A DNA stretch of 64,000 nt. It comes from a virus. Lineage: Duplodnaviria > Caudoviricetes. The stretch lies in IMG/VR virus record IMGVR_UViG_3300044655_001269, positions 7,836 through 71,835 of that record, one strand, 5' to 3'. This document shows, piece by piece, positions 47,875 through 58,018 of this stretch. The stretch's first letter is position 1. Each line of letters begins with the position of its first letter. The notes under the pieces are model-generated. The model had not been told where the DNA came from, ran no database searches, and was given only the letters and a program-made list of their open reading frames with translations. Position numbers and translations under genes: made by a program.

Positions 47875-49483
47875 CCTGTACCGCTGGGTCAAGTCGTTGA
47901 TATAACGCAGCCAGTGTAATATCTTCTTCAACAAGGGTTTCCTTGTGTCTGATACGAACAGTAGTATCGCCATCTAAGCAATAAATCAACGAAAGCGACT
48001 TACCTCGACCTGTATTTTCAGTAGTGGTAGTTGCTTGGATACGAGCACCATTATCAAATTCGATAGTATTCCTGTTATATGAATAAACACCGGCACGGAT
48101 AAAGTCTGGTAAGTTCTCGTAGCCATATCGATATCGGTTCATAATATCTTGAGCACCAGCGTATTTGTGAGCAGCAATCAGTACTTGGGCTTCGGGTACA
48201 AACATGGTATACCAGAGTAAGAATCCACATGCACACGTAGTGTTATGTGTTGGTACTAGAGTTTTACCCACTAGAAATAGATGTTTCTTATCTGCCACTT
48301 GTAAGCATCTAACTGGTACAGATTTTGATTTGGTGATATTTTTAATATACACCCGTTCATTATTTGGGAAGTGAGTACTTAATCGTGCTTTATCCAATTT
48401 TTCAGATAAGGTAAAGAGTTTCAGGTGTTTGGTTGAGAAAGTAAGGAAGTAATTGGTTTTAAACTTACAGACTTCGACTTTCAAATGTGTTTTAACTCCT
48501 AGTGTAGATAGGATAAATCGTACTTGTTCCGTTATCTTTTCGTTGTTATGTTTAAAGGTGCAGTATCCTGTATCTGTTACACTACCGCACACGTCCATAA
48601 TACCTTGAATAAGTTGTAAACGAGTTTCAGAATCATTGATTAACATATCATCTGGAAGGGTATTATCTTTGTTTAGAACCGGTTTTACCATGAACTCTAG
48701 GTTATTAACTGAGTACATACCCAATCGTTTACTATGTCGTCTTAGGGTTAATTCTGACATGGTGAGTCCATGAGATTTGAACATCTCGTTGTATCTGGTA
48801 TATTCATGGGTGTAACATCTTAATTGGTTTACTTCAGGGTCATTACCCATCCAAAGACCAACCAGATATGGATCTAGTTTCATTGGTTTCTTTTCGAATT
48901 CAATGAGTTTGGTATGATCCATACTAATTTTAACATTAGCCGTTTTAAACTTGGTGAATCGTTTAATTAAGTATTCTGTATTTTCGGTGATCAAGTCTTC
49001 GTAGCCTGGATCATACCAAGTCCATAGGTGATGAGCATCGGCAATGATTTTTTCGCCATGTGAAAATTCGATAGTATAGCAAGTACGATTTTTCATGGTT
49101 TCGGTAATGAAAGTTACTTCAGTTGGTGTACCTTTAGGCGTATAGATAGTATCACCGACTTGGATATCACCCATTCGTTTGAATCCAGTTGGTGTTAAAA
49201 TTGGAGTTTCATTGCAGATGGCTTTACCCATCTGACGTGGTAGCATAGCAATTGTATAAGTATTATCATTATATGCTTGAATCAATCTTTCTTGATATTC
49301 GTATGGTTCAAATGGGATAGCACCTCTAGTTGGATGCTGGATTTTCAAGAAGTTTTTGCAGAAGTAAAGTGGACCAGTAACTGGATCCATACATTTCTCT
49401 AAGTGTTGTACTTGTTCAAGTGTGTATTGTTGTTTTTGATGTGCTCTTAAGATTTGAACGCCATCTAGGTTTCTGTTTGCCAT
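47864..49483 (-). CDS. terL: Terminase large subunit, N-terminal gene (cis intein plus split-intein N fragment)
   Basis: Y.YQ, PRQMGK|T Walker A, GRGKSLSLIY| followed by CLDGDT intein block A. Confidence 0.92.
   Translation of the reverse strand: MANRNLDGVQILRAHQKQQYTLEQVQHLEKCMDPVTGPLYFCKNFLKIQHPTRGAIPFEPYEYQERLIQAYNDNTYTIAMLPRQMGKAICNETPILTPTGFKRMGDIQVGDTIYTPKGTPTEVTFITETMKNRTCYTIEFSHGEKIIADAHHLWTWYDPGYEDLITENTEYLIKRFTKFKTANVKISMDHTKLIEFEKKPMKLDPYLVGLWMGNDPEVNQLRCYTHEYTRYNEMFKSHGLTMSELTLRRHSKRLGMYSVNNLEFMVKPVLNKDNTLPDDMLINDSETRLQLIQGIMDVCGSVTDTGYCTFKHNNEKITEQVRFILSTLGVKTHLKVEVCKFKTNYFLTFSTKHLKLFTLSEKLDKARLSTHFPNNERVYIKNITKSKSVPVRCLQVADKKHLFLVGKTLVPTHNTTCACGFLLWYTMFVPEAQVLIAAHKYAGAQDIMNRYRYGYENLPDFIRAGVYSYNRNTIEFDNGARIQATTTTENTGRGKSLSLIYCLDGDTTVRIRHKETLVEEDITLAALYQRLDPAVQVIA
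47867..47980 (-). mobile_element. Split intein N fragment (38 aa)
   Basis: CLDGDTTVRIRHKETLVEEDITLAALYQRL...stop. Confidence 0.85.
48242..49222 (-). mobile_element. Contiguous Ala1 (class 3-type) intein with LAGLIDADG-like remnant in TerL Walker A (327 aa)
   Basis: GK|AICNETPILTPTG...HLW...RCLQV...PTHN|T; GLWMGN and QGIMDVCG endonuclease-like blocks. Confidence 0.85.
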
Positions 49484-49630
49484 CTTTGGTTATTTCCTTA
49501 TGTGGTTTAATTAGTTGTATTTACCCTAAAATATAATTGACTTATTGTTGATTATGTGCTAAAAACCTATAATAGATGTTGCGAGCTCCGCTAGGAGCGA
49601 GCCAATGTAAATACAAGAAAGGAGAAAGCT

Positions 49631-49795
49631 ATGACACAAGCAGAACAACAATTGACGGTTTATAATCAATTCAAGATTGGGTATGAAAAACTACTAAGTG
49701 AACTAGGTGAATGCTACTATACTAAGAAGGCATTGGAAAACTTGAACCGCCAGTATGAAATCTATAACATTTTAAACAGAAAAGGCACCGAGTAG
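49631..49795 (+). CDS. Hypothetical 54-aa protein (not in ORF track)
   Basis: AGGAG SD, GCGA hairpin upstream, terminator hairpin at the 3' end. Confidence 0.6.
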   Translation: MTQAEQQLTVYNQFKIGYEKLLSELGECYYTKKALENLNRQYEIYNILNRKGTE

Positions 49796-49823
49796 GTGCC
49801 TTTCTTTTGGATTAATCTTTAGA

Positions 49824-50528
49824 TTAACGTGCTTTGATTTCAGCCAAACGTTGTTGTAAATCAAGTTTGATTGATTCCTTAAAGTCACGATCCTTCATAG
49901 CCATTGGGTTATCACCTTGCTTGTAACTATGTTTCACCATGTCTTTTTCTTTATCGATGCCATTGCTTTTACCAACTAACTTATCAGTATCAAAGGTTTT
50001 GGTATCTTTGTTTGAAGTATTGGCTGATTGGAAGCCACCATCTAAATCTTCTTCGGTTTCTTCTTCATCACCAAAGAATTTATCTTGAATTTCTGATCCG
50101 ATTTTAGCACCAGTAGAAGCACCTGTTAGAGATTTAGTAGCCATTCCACCGGCAATACCGCCTGCGATAGAACCAGCCATTCCTTCATCTTCGTCATTAT
50201 CTAAATCACCGTCTTCATCACCATCTAAATCTGCTGGTTCAGGCAGCATTTTAAGAGGTTCTGGGTGATTGTTAGAAATTGTTAAGATATTTGGATCTGC
50301 TGCTAAAGTAGGACCTTTGTCATCTTTAGGCATCATATCTGGGTTAACTTTAACCAGTAATCTCATTAGGCTAGAGATATCATCTAAGCCATTTGCATTC
50401 AAGCTAACTGTCATTGTAGGTGGGTTGTGTGGAGTCATATCACCACCGCATTCACCAATTTTAACTTCGCTTTCTGTTAAGGGTTTGCTTAACTCACCCA
50501 TTTTTGCCACTAGGCTATGAAAATCCAT
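49824..50528 (-). CDS. Acidic late protein (head core/scaffold-like)
   Basis: Acidic low-complexity sequence, LTES/GDNP motifs; structural operon. Confidence 0.55.
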   Translation of the reverse strand: MDFHSLVAKMGELSKPLTESEVKIGECGGDMTPHNPPTMTVSLNANGLDDISSLMRLLVKVNPDMMPKDDKGPTLAADPNILTISNNHPEPLKMLPEPADLDGDEDGDLDNDEDEGMAGSIAGGIAGGMATKSLTGASTGAKIGSEIQDKFFGDEEETEEDLDGGFQSANTSNKDTKTFDTDKLVGKSNGIDKEKDMVKHSYKQGDNPMAMKDRDFKESIKLDLQQRLAEIKAR

Positions 50529-50530
50529 GT

Positions 50531-51103
50531 TTAACTCCCTATGGCACTATTAAGGCCAGTCTTATCTATTTTCTGTTTTGCGATCTTGTATTCGACGTTT
50601 TGACCCAATTCTTTCTTACGGTCTTTGGCTTGAGCAGCCAAACCTTTCAAGAAACCTTTGTTATATTCTGGACCGTAGTGGTCTTTTTGATTGATAGCAG
50701 GGGCTTCTTTGTAATGTGGGTCTGATAATAACGCATGACCAGAAGGAACTTGTTCACCCACTGGGATGTAATCAAGTGAAGGGTCTTCTGCGTTATGAAC
50801 TCGAATAGACGATTCATCAACACCGGTTGCTTTTATACGTTGTGCGATTTCAGGTGGAATCACTGGATAATCACAAGTAATAGCAAACACATGAACTTCG
50901 CAATTTGCTTTATTTGGGAAGTCAATAGGTTGCTTTTGAATTGGTGTTGTCGTTGTTTTATCGAAATGTAACACTTTGAATTGTTCTAGTTTAGATTTCA
51001 AGGTACCTTCAAATTCATCAGGTAACGGACCAGCAATCTTAACAACAAAGTTGTAGTCTTTTTTCGATTCTGCGAGATATTGATGTAGTGTTTTCATAAT
51101 CAT
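50531..51103 (-). CDS. Late virion protein with MKTLHQYLAE leader
   Basis: Resembles T4 capsid-targeting N-termini. Confidence 0.55.
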   Translation of the reverse strand: MIMKTLHQYLAESKKDYNFVVKIAGPLPDEFEGTLKSKLEQFKVLHFDKTTTTPIQKQPIDFPNKANCEVHVFAITCDYPVIPPEIAQRIKATGVDESSIRVHNAEDPSLDYIPVGEQVPSGHALLSDPHYKEAPAINQKDHYGPEYNKGFLKGLAAQAKDRKKELGQNVEYKIAKQKIDKTGLNSAIGS

Positions 51104-51105
51104 AT

Positions 51106-51573
51106 TTAGCTTTTACCAGAAAGTTTGGACATCAACTCGTTTCTATCTAGGGTAACATAAGCAGTGCCATCGATCATGTCATCATCTGGTGCTCTGTTTT
51201 CCATTTTAAGTTTCTTGAGTTGCATATCAACTGCTTTTAATTTCTTATCAATCTTAGCTGTGTTAGCTGAGATTGAGTGCCCTAACATACTACTTGCTAC
51301 TTCAAAGATTCTGCTTGCATATCTGACTTCTACGTTCATACCCAAGTCCATTAGGTCATCGTATGCAGCTTCTGCTTTCTTTGCAAGTTTTTCAAGTTCT
51401 CTTTCACCTAAGTTTTCTAACTCACGAATTCTAGGTAATCCCTTAGCCATCTCGGTGATTTCATTATAGCTTTGTTGAATACTAGCAACTTCAGCTTGTG
51501 TTTCTTCGTTTGACTTGATTTTCAGTGGTGCTTTTTCTTCGATATTAAGCAGAGTTTCAAGTTTTTTAGTCAT
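51106..51573 (-). CDS. Terminase small subunit-like
   Basis: Helical, LMDLGMNV...RIFEVA..ML pattern; position upstream of terL. Confidence 0.5.
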   Translation of the reverse strand: MTKKLETLLNIEEKAPLKIKSNEETQAEVASIQQSYNEITEMAKGLPRIRELENLGERELEKLAKKAEAAYDDLMDLGMNVEVRYASRIFEVASSMLGHSISANTAKIDKKLKAVDMQLKKLKMENRAPDDDMIDGTAYVTLDRNELMSKLSGKS

Positions 51574-52016
51574 TACTTCTTTCCTGAATGAAAGATATCA
51601 TTTTCGGTTACAACACGAAACGTGATATTCTTGTTATTACAATAAGCTCTAGCGGCTTCCCATTTAGCTAGGTTTTTAACATACTGTTGTTTGTTGTATT
51701 GACCTTTACCAACCTGTTCAACAAAGGTTTGGTTGGCTGGTTTTACTTCAATCAATTCAGCATGTGTTTTACCATTCTTATCTATGTATACAACGAAAAA
51801 GTCTGGAACATAAACTGTTTGTTTACCGGTAAATGGATTTCTATATGGGATTTTGATACTTTCACTAGCCCAGTTTTGAACACTTTGGTGTTCATCGAGC
51901 ATTTTCATGAATACAAATTCCCAGCTAGAACGAGCTAAAGGAGTAGAAGTCCCAATGTATTTGTCTGGGTTCTTCATCTCAAATTTACCTTGTGCGAACT
52001 TAGGTCCTCTTGCCAT
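51573..52016 (-). CDS. gp4: Head completion nuclease (T4 gp4-like, TnsA fold)
   Basis: NP.KY.G, RSSWE, WASE, Y.PDF, IEVKP, AKW.AA. Confidence 0.88.
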   Translation of the reverse strand: MARGPKFAQGKFEMKNPDKYIGTSTPLARSSWEFVFMKMLDEHQSVQNWASESIKIPYRNPFTGKQTVYVPDFFVVYIDKNGKTHAELIEVKPANQTFVEQVGKGQYNKQQYVKNLAKWEAARAYCNNKNITFRVVTENDIFHSGKK

Positions 52017-52669
52017 TATGCTGCCACATTTCTGGTTATATACTGTGCATTGTATACTTGTTTAAACCCTAGGGTTGAAGTTGGGCTTCTATCACTATTA
52101 AGAATACCACCAACTAAGGTACTTAATTGAAGTGAATGTGAAGTTGATTTAACTTCTAGTGCATATATCTTGTCGGTATACCGTTTAAACAATCCTTTTT
52201 CGCCACCAGTAACAGTGATTACGTCTGTAGTAAAATCCTCACTTGGTTGATCTAGGGTAAACGTAAAGGTGATAACGTCTTCGGTAGCAGTTTGTGAGTT
52301 ATTTGTAACCGAAACTTTACCACGAAATAACCTAGAATCGACTACTGCATTTACATTATCAACCGATAAAGCAACTCGTTTTAAAGTATCTAATATCTTA
52401 AAGATGGGTGTTTGAGTGTTACCTTGAGTAATAACTAAATCGCCATTCGCAGATAGCGTGTAGATATAGCCTTTCTTTGCTTGTGTTAGTAATGCGTTTA
52501 CTACTACAGAAGCAGCATCTTCTGCAAAACCATAGCTTTCGAAAAAACCAATCGCATATTCATATTCATTGGCTGCAAATTCCAATGGGGTTGTACCGTA
52601 GTTATTGAATAGAACTTTGGTATAATTCGCACTATCTGTTGATGTACTGGTTGGTAAATTAGTTGTCAT
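52016..52669 (-). CDS. Hypothetical virion protein
   Basis: Structural operon. Confidence 0.55.
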   Translation of the reverse strand: MTTNLPTSTSTDSANYTKVLFNNYGTTPLEFAANEYEYAIGFFESYGFAEDAASVVVNALLTQAKKGYIYTLSANGDLVITQGNTQTPIFKILDTLKRVALSVDNVNAVVDSRLFRGKVSVTNNSQTATEDVITFTFTLDQPSEDFTTDVITVTGGEKGLFKRYTDKIYALEVKSTSHSLQLSTLVGGILNSDRSPTSTLGFKQVYNAQYITRNVAA

Positions 52670-53748
52670 ATTTGACCACCATTTGGATTGTTTTTGTTTG
52701 CAACATTACGCATACCATAAACCACCCCGGTTGAAATTGGACCTGGTACGTTCATACCTATGTTACCAGCTACTGCAGTACCAACCGCTTGTACACCGGC
52801 CTTCAATATGGTATCACCTATATTCATTTTTTTAACATTCCTTGACATATTATATCCAGTAACCGCAGTTTCGATAGCACCACCAAGTGTAAAGATATTC
52901 CCAGTAGCAACATTATCAAATATCGATTCCATACCAGCAAGTAAACCACCTGGACCACCTAGTGTACTTGTACCACCACCAAGGACTGAAAGTGGTGATG
53001 GGATTAGATCATAATGTAGGGTAGCAAACCCTTTTGGGTTGTCTTGTGTTACAGTACCACCTGTATAAACAACAGATTCGTATTCTAATTGCATTGTACT
53101 TTCTAAATGATCATTAGCAGAATGATCTAATGTACCATGTGCCCAGTACTTGATCCTTGGGTTTATTAGAGTATAACCTAAGAATCTACCACGACTCATT
53201 GAGTAAATTGTAACTGACTTGAAAAATGGTACAGTTATGTTATTATCTAAACCGTATCGGTAATTTTGCATTGGCATAGCATGTGGGTCATACTTGGTCT
53301 CACTATATGCTGGATTTGAAGTTCCAGTATGTCTATCAGCAATGTAATACCCGTAATACTGAGCCCACATTGCATTAGTAATGCCGTCCGCATCATCATG
53401 TAATTTGATTGTTATTGGATCGTAATTATATCCAGTATAAACTACTTTTTTTCTATTATATTGATTTTTAGTAACAGTATCAAATGTTACCTTTGGCATA
53501 TCAGTCGATTTGACTAACATACCAACTTCACTAGCATGTTTGTTTGAAAATGCAGGAGCATCTAACGCGTGTTTATCAATTTCAAACTTAACGTAAAAGG
53601 CAAATCGATGCCTTGGCGCAAGTCTAAATGTATCTGCTACAAATAAATTGGACGCGTGTCTCCAATTGGCACAAATGCCTTTTGGTTGTGTTGCGCCTTG
53701 GACGAATCCGTTGGCAAAATCTGATAAGTATCTAGTAAATATTGACAT
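52666..53748 (-). CDS. Tail-tube-related baseplate/tube initiator protein (gp48/gp54-like)
   Basis: Tube-fold motifs (DMPK..F, YDPITI.LHDD, L.NP.I, ..YE). Confidence 0.6.
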   Translation of the reverse strand: MSIFTRYLSDFANGFVQGATQPKGICANWRHASNLFVADTFRLAPRHRFAFYVKFEIDKHALDAPAFSNKHASEVGMLVKSTDMPKVTFDTVTKNQYNRKKVVYTGYNYDPITIKLHDDADGITNAMWAQYYGYYIADRHTGTSNPAYSETKYDPHAMPMQNYRYGLDNNITVPFFKSVTIYSMSRGRFLGYTLINPRIKYWAHGTLDHSANDHLESTMQLEYESVVYTGGTVTQDNPKGFATLHYDLIPSPLSVLGGGTSTLGGPGGLLAGMESIFDNVATGNIFTLGGAIETAVTGYNMSRNVKKMNIGDTILKAGVQAVGTAVAGNIGMNVPGPISTGVVYGMRNVANKNNPNGGQI

Positions 53749-53826
53749 AACTGTATTTAGCCTATATTATAGGCGCAAAGTTGCGAGGCACGTTAGTGCC
53801 GAGCCATTGCCAATTACCACATAAAG

Positions 53827-53851
53827 GAAAACCCGCATTTGCGGGTTTTCC
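53827..53851. terminator. Intrinsic terminator after the tail tube gene
   Basis: GGAAAACCCGC-ATTT-GCGGGTTTTCC. Confidence 0.7.
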
Positions 53852-53876
53852 AGTAAAGCTAGTAGTAAAACTAAAT

Positions 53877-54539
53877 TTATTCCTGTTGTTCCGATGTGAG
53901 CTCTGTACCAGCACCGGTAGAAGCATTCGAAGAATAACTTCTTCCAACGTGAGCACCGATACCACCATCGACAGAAATGTCGGTAGCACCTTCTTTCCAC
54001 TGTTCCATGTTATCAAAACGAATTTTCATGGTTACTTCAACCGCATCAGATGATTTATATTCTAAACCACCGTAATCTACATTTTGAATAAAGCAACCGT
54101 ATAGAACAGTTGTTTCAAGAATTTGTGCTTCATACGCACCGTTACCGCCATCCAATACTTCGATACGAGTAGTGAATTTGTAGTCGATACCGCTTCGTGC
54201 AGCCGCTTGTTCTTGGAAGTCAAATTGTTTCTGAACTTGTTGACCAACAAGAGCTTGTAAAATACCACCAACATCATCACGTACCACTAATGTTACTGGT
54301 TCAAATGTTGGTTTACCTGATAAGTAAACTTTTGAGTTGTAAACGTCAAGAACAGTTTCTTCAAAAGCGAATGAAGGACGTGTAACGCTAACAACTTGTT
54401 TAGACACTTCTACTGAAGAGTCGATACCGAAACCGAGCATGTTGATTCTGAAACGGTACTTTTGTTTTGGCATCAACAGGGTCGTATTAGACCCTGAGAA
54501 CGGTTTTACCGAAAAATTCTGTAAAGATGAAATTGACAT
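53877..54539 (-). CDS. gp19: Tail tube protein (gp19-like)
   Basis: PKQKYRFR, RP, GK..F..V....RDD, LYGCF; follows the sheath gene. Confidence 0.85.
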   Translation of the reverse strand: MSISSLQNFSVKPFSGSNTTLLMPKQKYRFRINMLGFGIDSSVEVSKQVVSVTRPSFAFEETVLDVYNSKVYLSGKPTFEPVTLVVRDDVGGILQALVGQQVQKQFDFQEQAAARSGIDYKFTTRIEVLDGGNGAYEAQILETTVLYGCFIQNVDYGGLEYKSSDAVEVTMKIRFDNMEQWKEGATDISVDGGIGAHVGRSYSSNASTGAGTELTSEQQE

Positions 54540-57500
54540 TAGATTTCTCCTGTGTTTTTAACACGTAATGGAATATAGATGAACTCAACTGCTTTGATTG
54601 GAACAATAGCAATATCCACCCACAATTCGTTACGGTCGATCCGTGATGGTGTGTTGTTTGAGGTGTCACAAACTACAACGTAGTCGGAAATAGCTCTTAA
54701 ACCAACCAATTCTAATAACAAACTTTCACATGCTTGTTTGATTTCGTCACGGGTAATTCTGTCATTTGGTTCAAAGATATAAGGACGAGCTAAACGATTT
54801 AATTGTGTACGTAAGTAAACAACCAAACGAGATACATTGATTCTATCCAATGCACTTGCGTTTTTCGCACGTGTTTTTTGACCAAAGTTAACATGACCAA
54901 CACCAGTGAAGAATGTAATTGGGTTAACTTGTGCGTTGTAAAGCGTGTCACGTTGACCTTCGTTTAGTGCAACCGTTTGGAATTCACCAGTAGCTGCATC
55001 GATATAACCAACTGAAGAAGCGTTTGTGATACCGCCGCGACGAGTACCAGCTGGGGCAAACCAAGGATAAGAAACGTTATCGCTTAGAGTGATAGTTTTC
55101 AACATCATGTGACTTGAAGGAACTACAACACTTGCACCATCACGGTTAGTTGTATAACCAACTGGGTAGAATACTGATAAGTATTCGTCATAAGTTACCA
55201 TGCCGTCATCACCGTTATTCAACACAGTTTTTTCATTGGTTGCCCAAGAAGTCAACGAAGTTGCATCAGCAGGAAGTCTCAAAGGAACGTCACCAACGAT
55301 AAATGAAGTTAAACCTCTTTCGATGTTTAAGTTAACCAATTCCATCATTACTTCTGGGTAACCAGGACATGCCATCAAGTTGAAGTTTCTACGTTCTGAA
55401 TCACGTAATTCATCACTGTTTTGGATTGCTTTCGATAAGGCTTGAACAACAACACTACGTTGTGCTTTACGACCAAATGTACCAGAACCATCTTCGTGAT
55501 TAACACTTGCTGTAACCCAACGATCTAATGCATATAATTCCATACTTTCACCAGATTGCCAGGTGTGACCTATTGGTGAGTTGTCTTTATCATAGCGTGG
55601 ATTATCACCGCCAATTGTGAAGTAGTTTTTACGGAAACGTTTTACGTTACCACCACTTCTACGCAAGTTCCAAAGTAACATACCTTTTGGGTATAGGGCT
55701 GGATCTGGTGCATCTGGATCTAGGTAGTTGCTTAAAAGTAAGGTTTCAATTGAAGCTGGTGTATTACCAGTAACACCTGAATCACCATAACGAGCATCAG
55801 CAAATAAGATACCTAATTCAGTTTCTTGATCAGTTACATCAACTTTTTCCCATTTTTCAGAAGCAACACCGCCACCTAAGTTACTGTTGTAACGATAGAT
55901 TACTGGGAAGTTTTCAGTATCTGCTGTTGAAATCCACAAATCACCAGTTTTGGTATCGATTGTATATGGATTTGAAGCAGAAACTGCAGGTGCAACTGTT
56001 TTTCTACTTGCATCGTAATAAGGAGCAGTTTCGCTTCTATAACCAACCCAAGTTTTACCGTTGTGAACCATGATATCAACTTCTTGAATTTCGTTGTTGT
56101 ACCATAATTGTTGGTCAGCTGGAGCAGTTAATGGTTCTGTACTAGCAGCTGCAAAGTTTTTAGCCGCTAATGGTTGCCAGTTAGAGGCAACGAAACCAAA
56201 TTGAAGATCGCGTGGTGCATCATAACCAATGCTTACTGGTAATTTATAGAAATTCGCAGTACCCAAACCAGTTTGTAAAATAAATGGTGTGAATAACTTA
56301 GTAATTACAGGAGTTGATGAATAATCAAAGATTCTGATATCACCACCAGTTGCATGTACGAGTTGTAATTTGTTTTCAGCAGTAAATATTGCTTGAACAT
56401 GACTAAATCCAGCACTGTTGATCGCATCAACTAAATCAATCACATCTTGGAATGTGTTAGAGGTTGGTACTGTAATGGTTTTCGCTGCTTTAAATCCTTG
56501 TAGACTTGGTGCTGTTTCAGCAATACTCAATGAAATAGTACCTGAACCAATTGATGTAGCAGATAAAACTGATGAAGTAATCACTGTGCTACCAGATACA
56601 GCACGACGCCATAATCTAAATTCAGCAGTTTGTGGACTAATATCCCAACCTGTGTTTTCAGTAGCATTTACTTGTGTATAAAGCGTGTTAACTGGAATGT
56701 TAATACCACCTAATGTACGATCTAAACCATACAATGCAGTAGCTGCGTTAGTATACATAGGTGCATCGTGTGCTACCCAAGAAGAAGTTGCTGCATTATA
56801 CCGTTTTACACGTAATCTAGCACCTGAATTAACTGCAGAGGTTTTAATCCAAACTGAACCACTTGGACGTCTTCCAGTTGGGTAATCAGAAGCAGATCCA
56901 ACATCAGTTACTTTCCATTCAGGAACGATAGTATGTGGTGATTGTTGAACAGCTGGACCATAATAAGTACCAACTGCGATGTTTAATTGTCCGATTTGTT
57001 GTGTAGTTGCAGTACCAGCAGCAATAACGATTGCGTTACTTAATGAAGAATCACCAAGACTGCTGTCATTAGCACCATCTGTGTACAAATACAATGAACT
57101 ATTTACCACTTGTGCAGTAATACCTTTAATCGCAGCATCATTGATTGCTTTAACCAAATTATCAAGTGAAGTGTCTGGTACTGTTACTTCTACGTCATTA
57201 ATAATAATGGTTTTAGACGCTAATGTACTAATAACTGCGCGTGATGTACCTTTAACAGTTGCAAAACTTGCAGCCCATGCTTGACTACCAACTTTAACCC
57301 AATCACCAGCGGATACAGCAGTACCACCACCTGGATAGCTATTAATACCAGCTACGCCATTACCAGCAGATTTGTACCAAAGAACTGCGTTTTCTTTTCC
57401 TTCATCAAAAGTACCAGAACCATTAACTGTTTCGAATACAAGTGCGTACTCACCAATAGCACCAATCGCTTTAGGTTTACCACCATCAAGGTTGCTTGTG

Positions 57501-58018
57501 TTTGCATCTGTTAAAATACGAGGTGTTTTAACTGTGAATTTTTGACCGCCAGTTACACTAGCAGCACTGCCATTCCATTCATGTACTCCCCAAACCGAAG
57601 TTTTGGTATCAACCCACCAAGAACCGTCAGACGGTAATGCACCTGGTGAAACTGTTTTACCAGCTAATTGGTCTAAGTCAACGTCAGCACGAATAATAAA
57701 CACCGAGTTACTAACTTCTAATAAACTGTAAGCAGCAAGTAAACCATATTCGTTTCTTTCACCGCCATGCACCGCTGCTGATGAAGTCGCTTCGAAATAC
57801 GGAGTACCATAGTAATCTGATAATTCTTTTTGGCTTGTAATTTTGAATACTTTACCGGCAGTCGCAGCTGTTGTATAAGTTGCGGTGTTAGTTGCCGAAG
57901 CATTTGATTTGTTTTGTCCTGTGGCAAGAACGATTAACGACGTAGTACCTGGTGCAGCAGGTGTGTAAAAACTCTCATCGATAACCGTTACTTCTACGCC
58001 GGGTGATTGTAATGCCAT
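54539..58018 (-). CDS. gp18: Contractile tail sheath protein (gp18-like) with large insertion domains
   Basis: SPGVEV..ID, PWFAPAG..RG, SALDRINV.RL, FEPND, NT...IDRN, AVEFIYI. Confidence 0.95.
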   Translation of the reverse strand: MALQSPGVEVTVIDESFYTPAAPGTTSLIVLATGQNKSNASATNTATYTTAATAGKVFKITSQKELSDYYGTPYFEATSSAAVHGGERNEYGLLAAYSLLEVSNSVFIIRADVDLDQLAGKTVSPGALPSDGSWWVDTKTSVWGVHEWNGSAASVTGGQKFTVKTPRILTDANTSNLDGGKPKAIGAIGEYALVFETVNGSGTFDEGKENAVLWYKSAGNGVAGINSYPGGGTAVSAGDWVKVGSQAWAASFATVKGTSRAVISTLASKTIIINDVEVTVPDTSLDNLVKAINDAAIKGITAQVVNSSLYLYTDGANDSSLGDSSLSNAIVIAAGTATTQQIGQLNIAVGTYYGPAVQQSPHTIVPEWKVTDVGSASDYPTGRRPSGSVWIKTSAVNSGARLRVKRYNAATSSWVAHDAPMYTNAATALYGLDRTLGGINIPVNTLYTQVNATENTGWDISPQTAEFRLWRRAVSGSTVITSSVLSATSIGSGTISLSIAETAPSLQGFKAAKTITVPTSNTFQDVIDLVDAINSAGFSHVQAIFTAENKLQLVHATGGDIRIFDYSSTPVITKLFTPFILQTGLGTANFYKLPVSIGYDAPRDLQFGFVASNWQPLAAKNFAAASTEPLTAPADQQLWYNNEIQEVDIMVHNGKTWVGYRSETAPYYDASRKTVAPAVSASNPYTIDTKTGDLWISTADTENFPVIYRYNSNLGGGVASEKWEKVDVTDQETELGILFADARYGDSGVTGNTPASIETLLLSNYLDPDAPDPALYPKGMLLWNLRRSGGNVKRFRKNYFTIGGDNPRYDKDNSPIGHTWQSGESMELYALDRWVTASVNHEDGSGTFGRKAQRSVVVQALSKAIQNSDELRDSERRNFNLMACPGYPEVMMELVNLNIERGLTSFIVGDVPLRLPADATSLTSWATNEKTVLNNGDDGMVTYDEYLSVFYPVGYTTNRDGASVVVPSSHMMLKTITLSDNVSYPWFAPAGTRRGGITNASSVGYIDAATGEFQTVALNEGQRDTLYNAQVNPITFFTGVGHVNFGQKTRAKNASALDRINVSRLVVYLRTQLNRLARPYIFEPNDRITRDEIKQACESLLLELVGLRAISDYVVVCDTSNNTPSRIDRNELWVDIAIVPIKAVEFIYIPLRVKNTGEI

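Noticed and set aside
51573-52016. TnsA-like protein as a transposon
   Set aside because: Matches the T4 gp4 head-completion family within a structural operon; no transposase or element ends.
53762-54053. Short ORFs around the tail-tube terminator and other antisense ORFs inside long genes
   Set aside because: Shadow frames overlapping well-supported genes or terminators.
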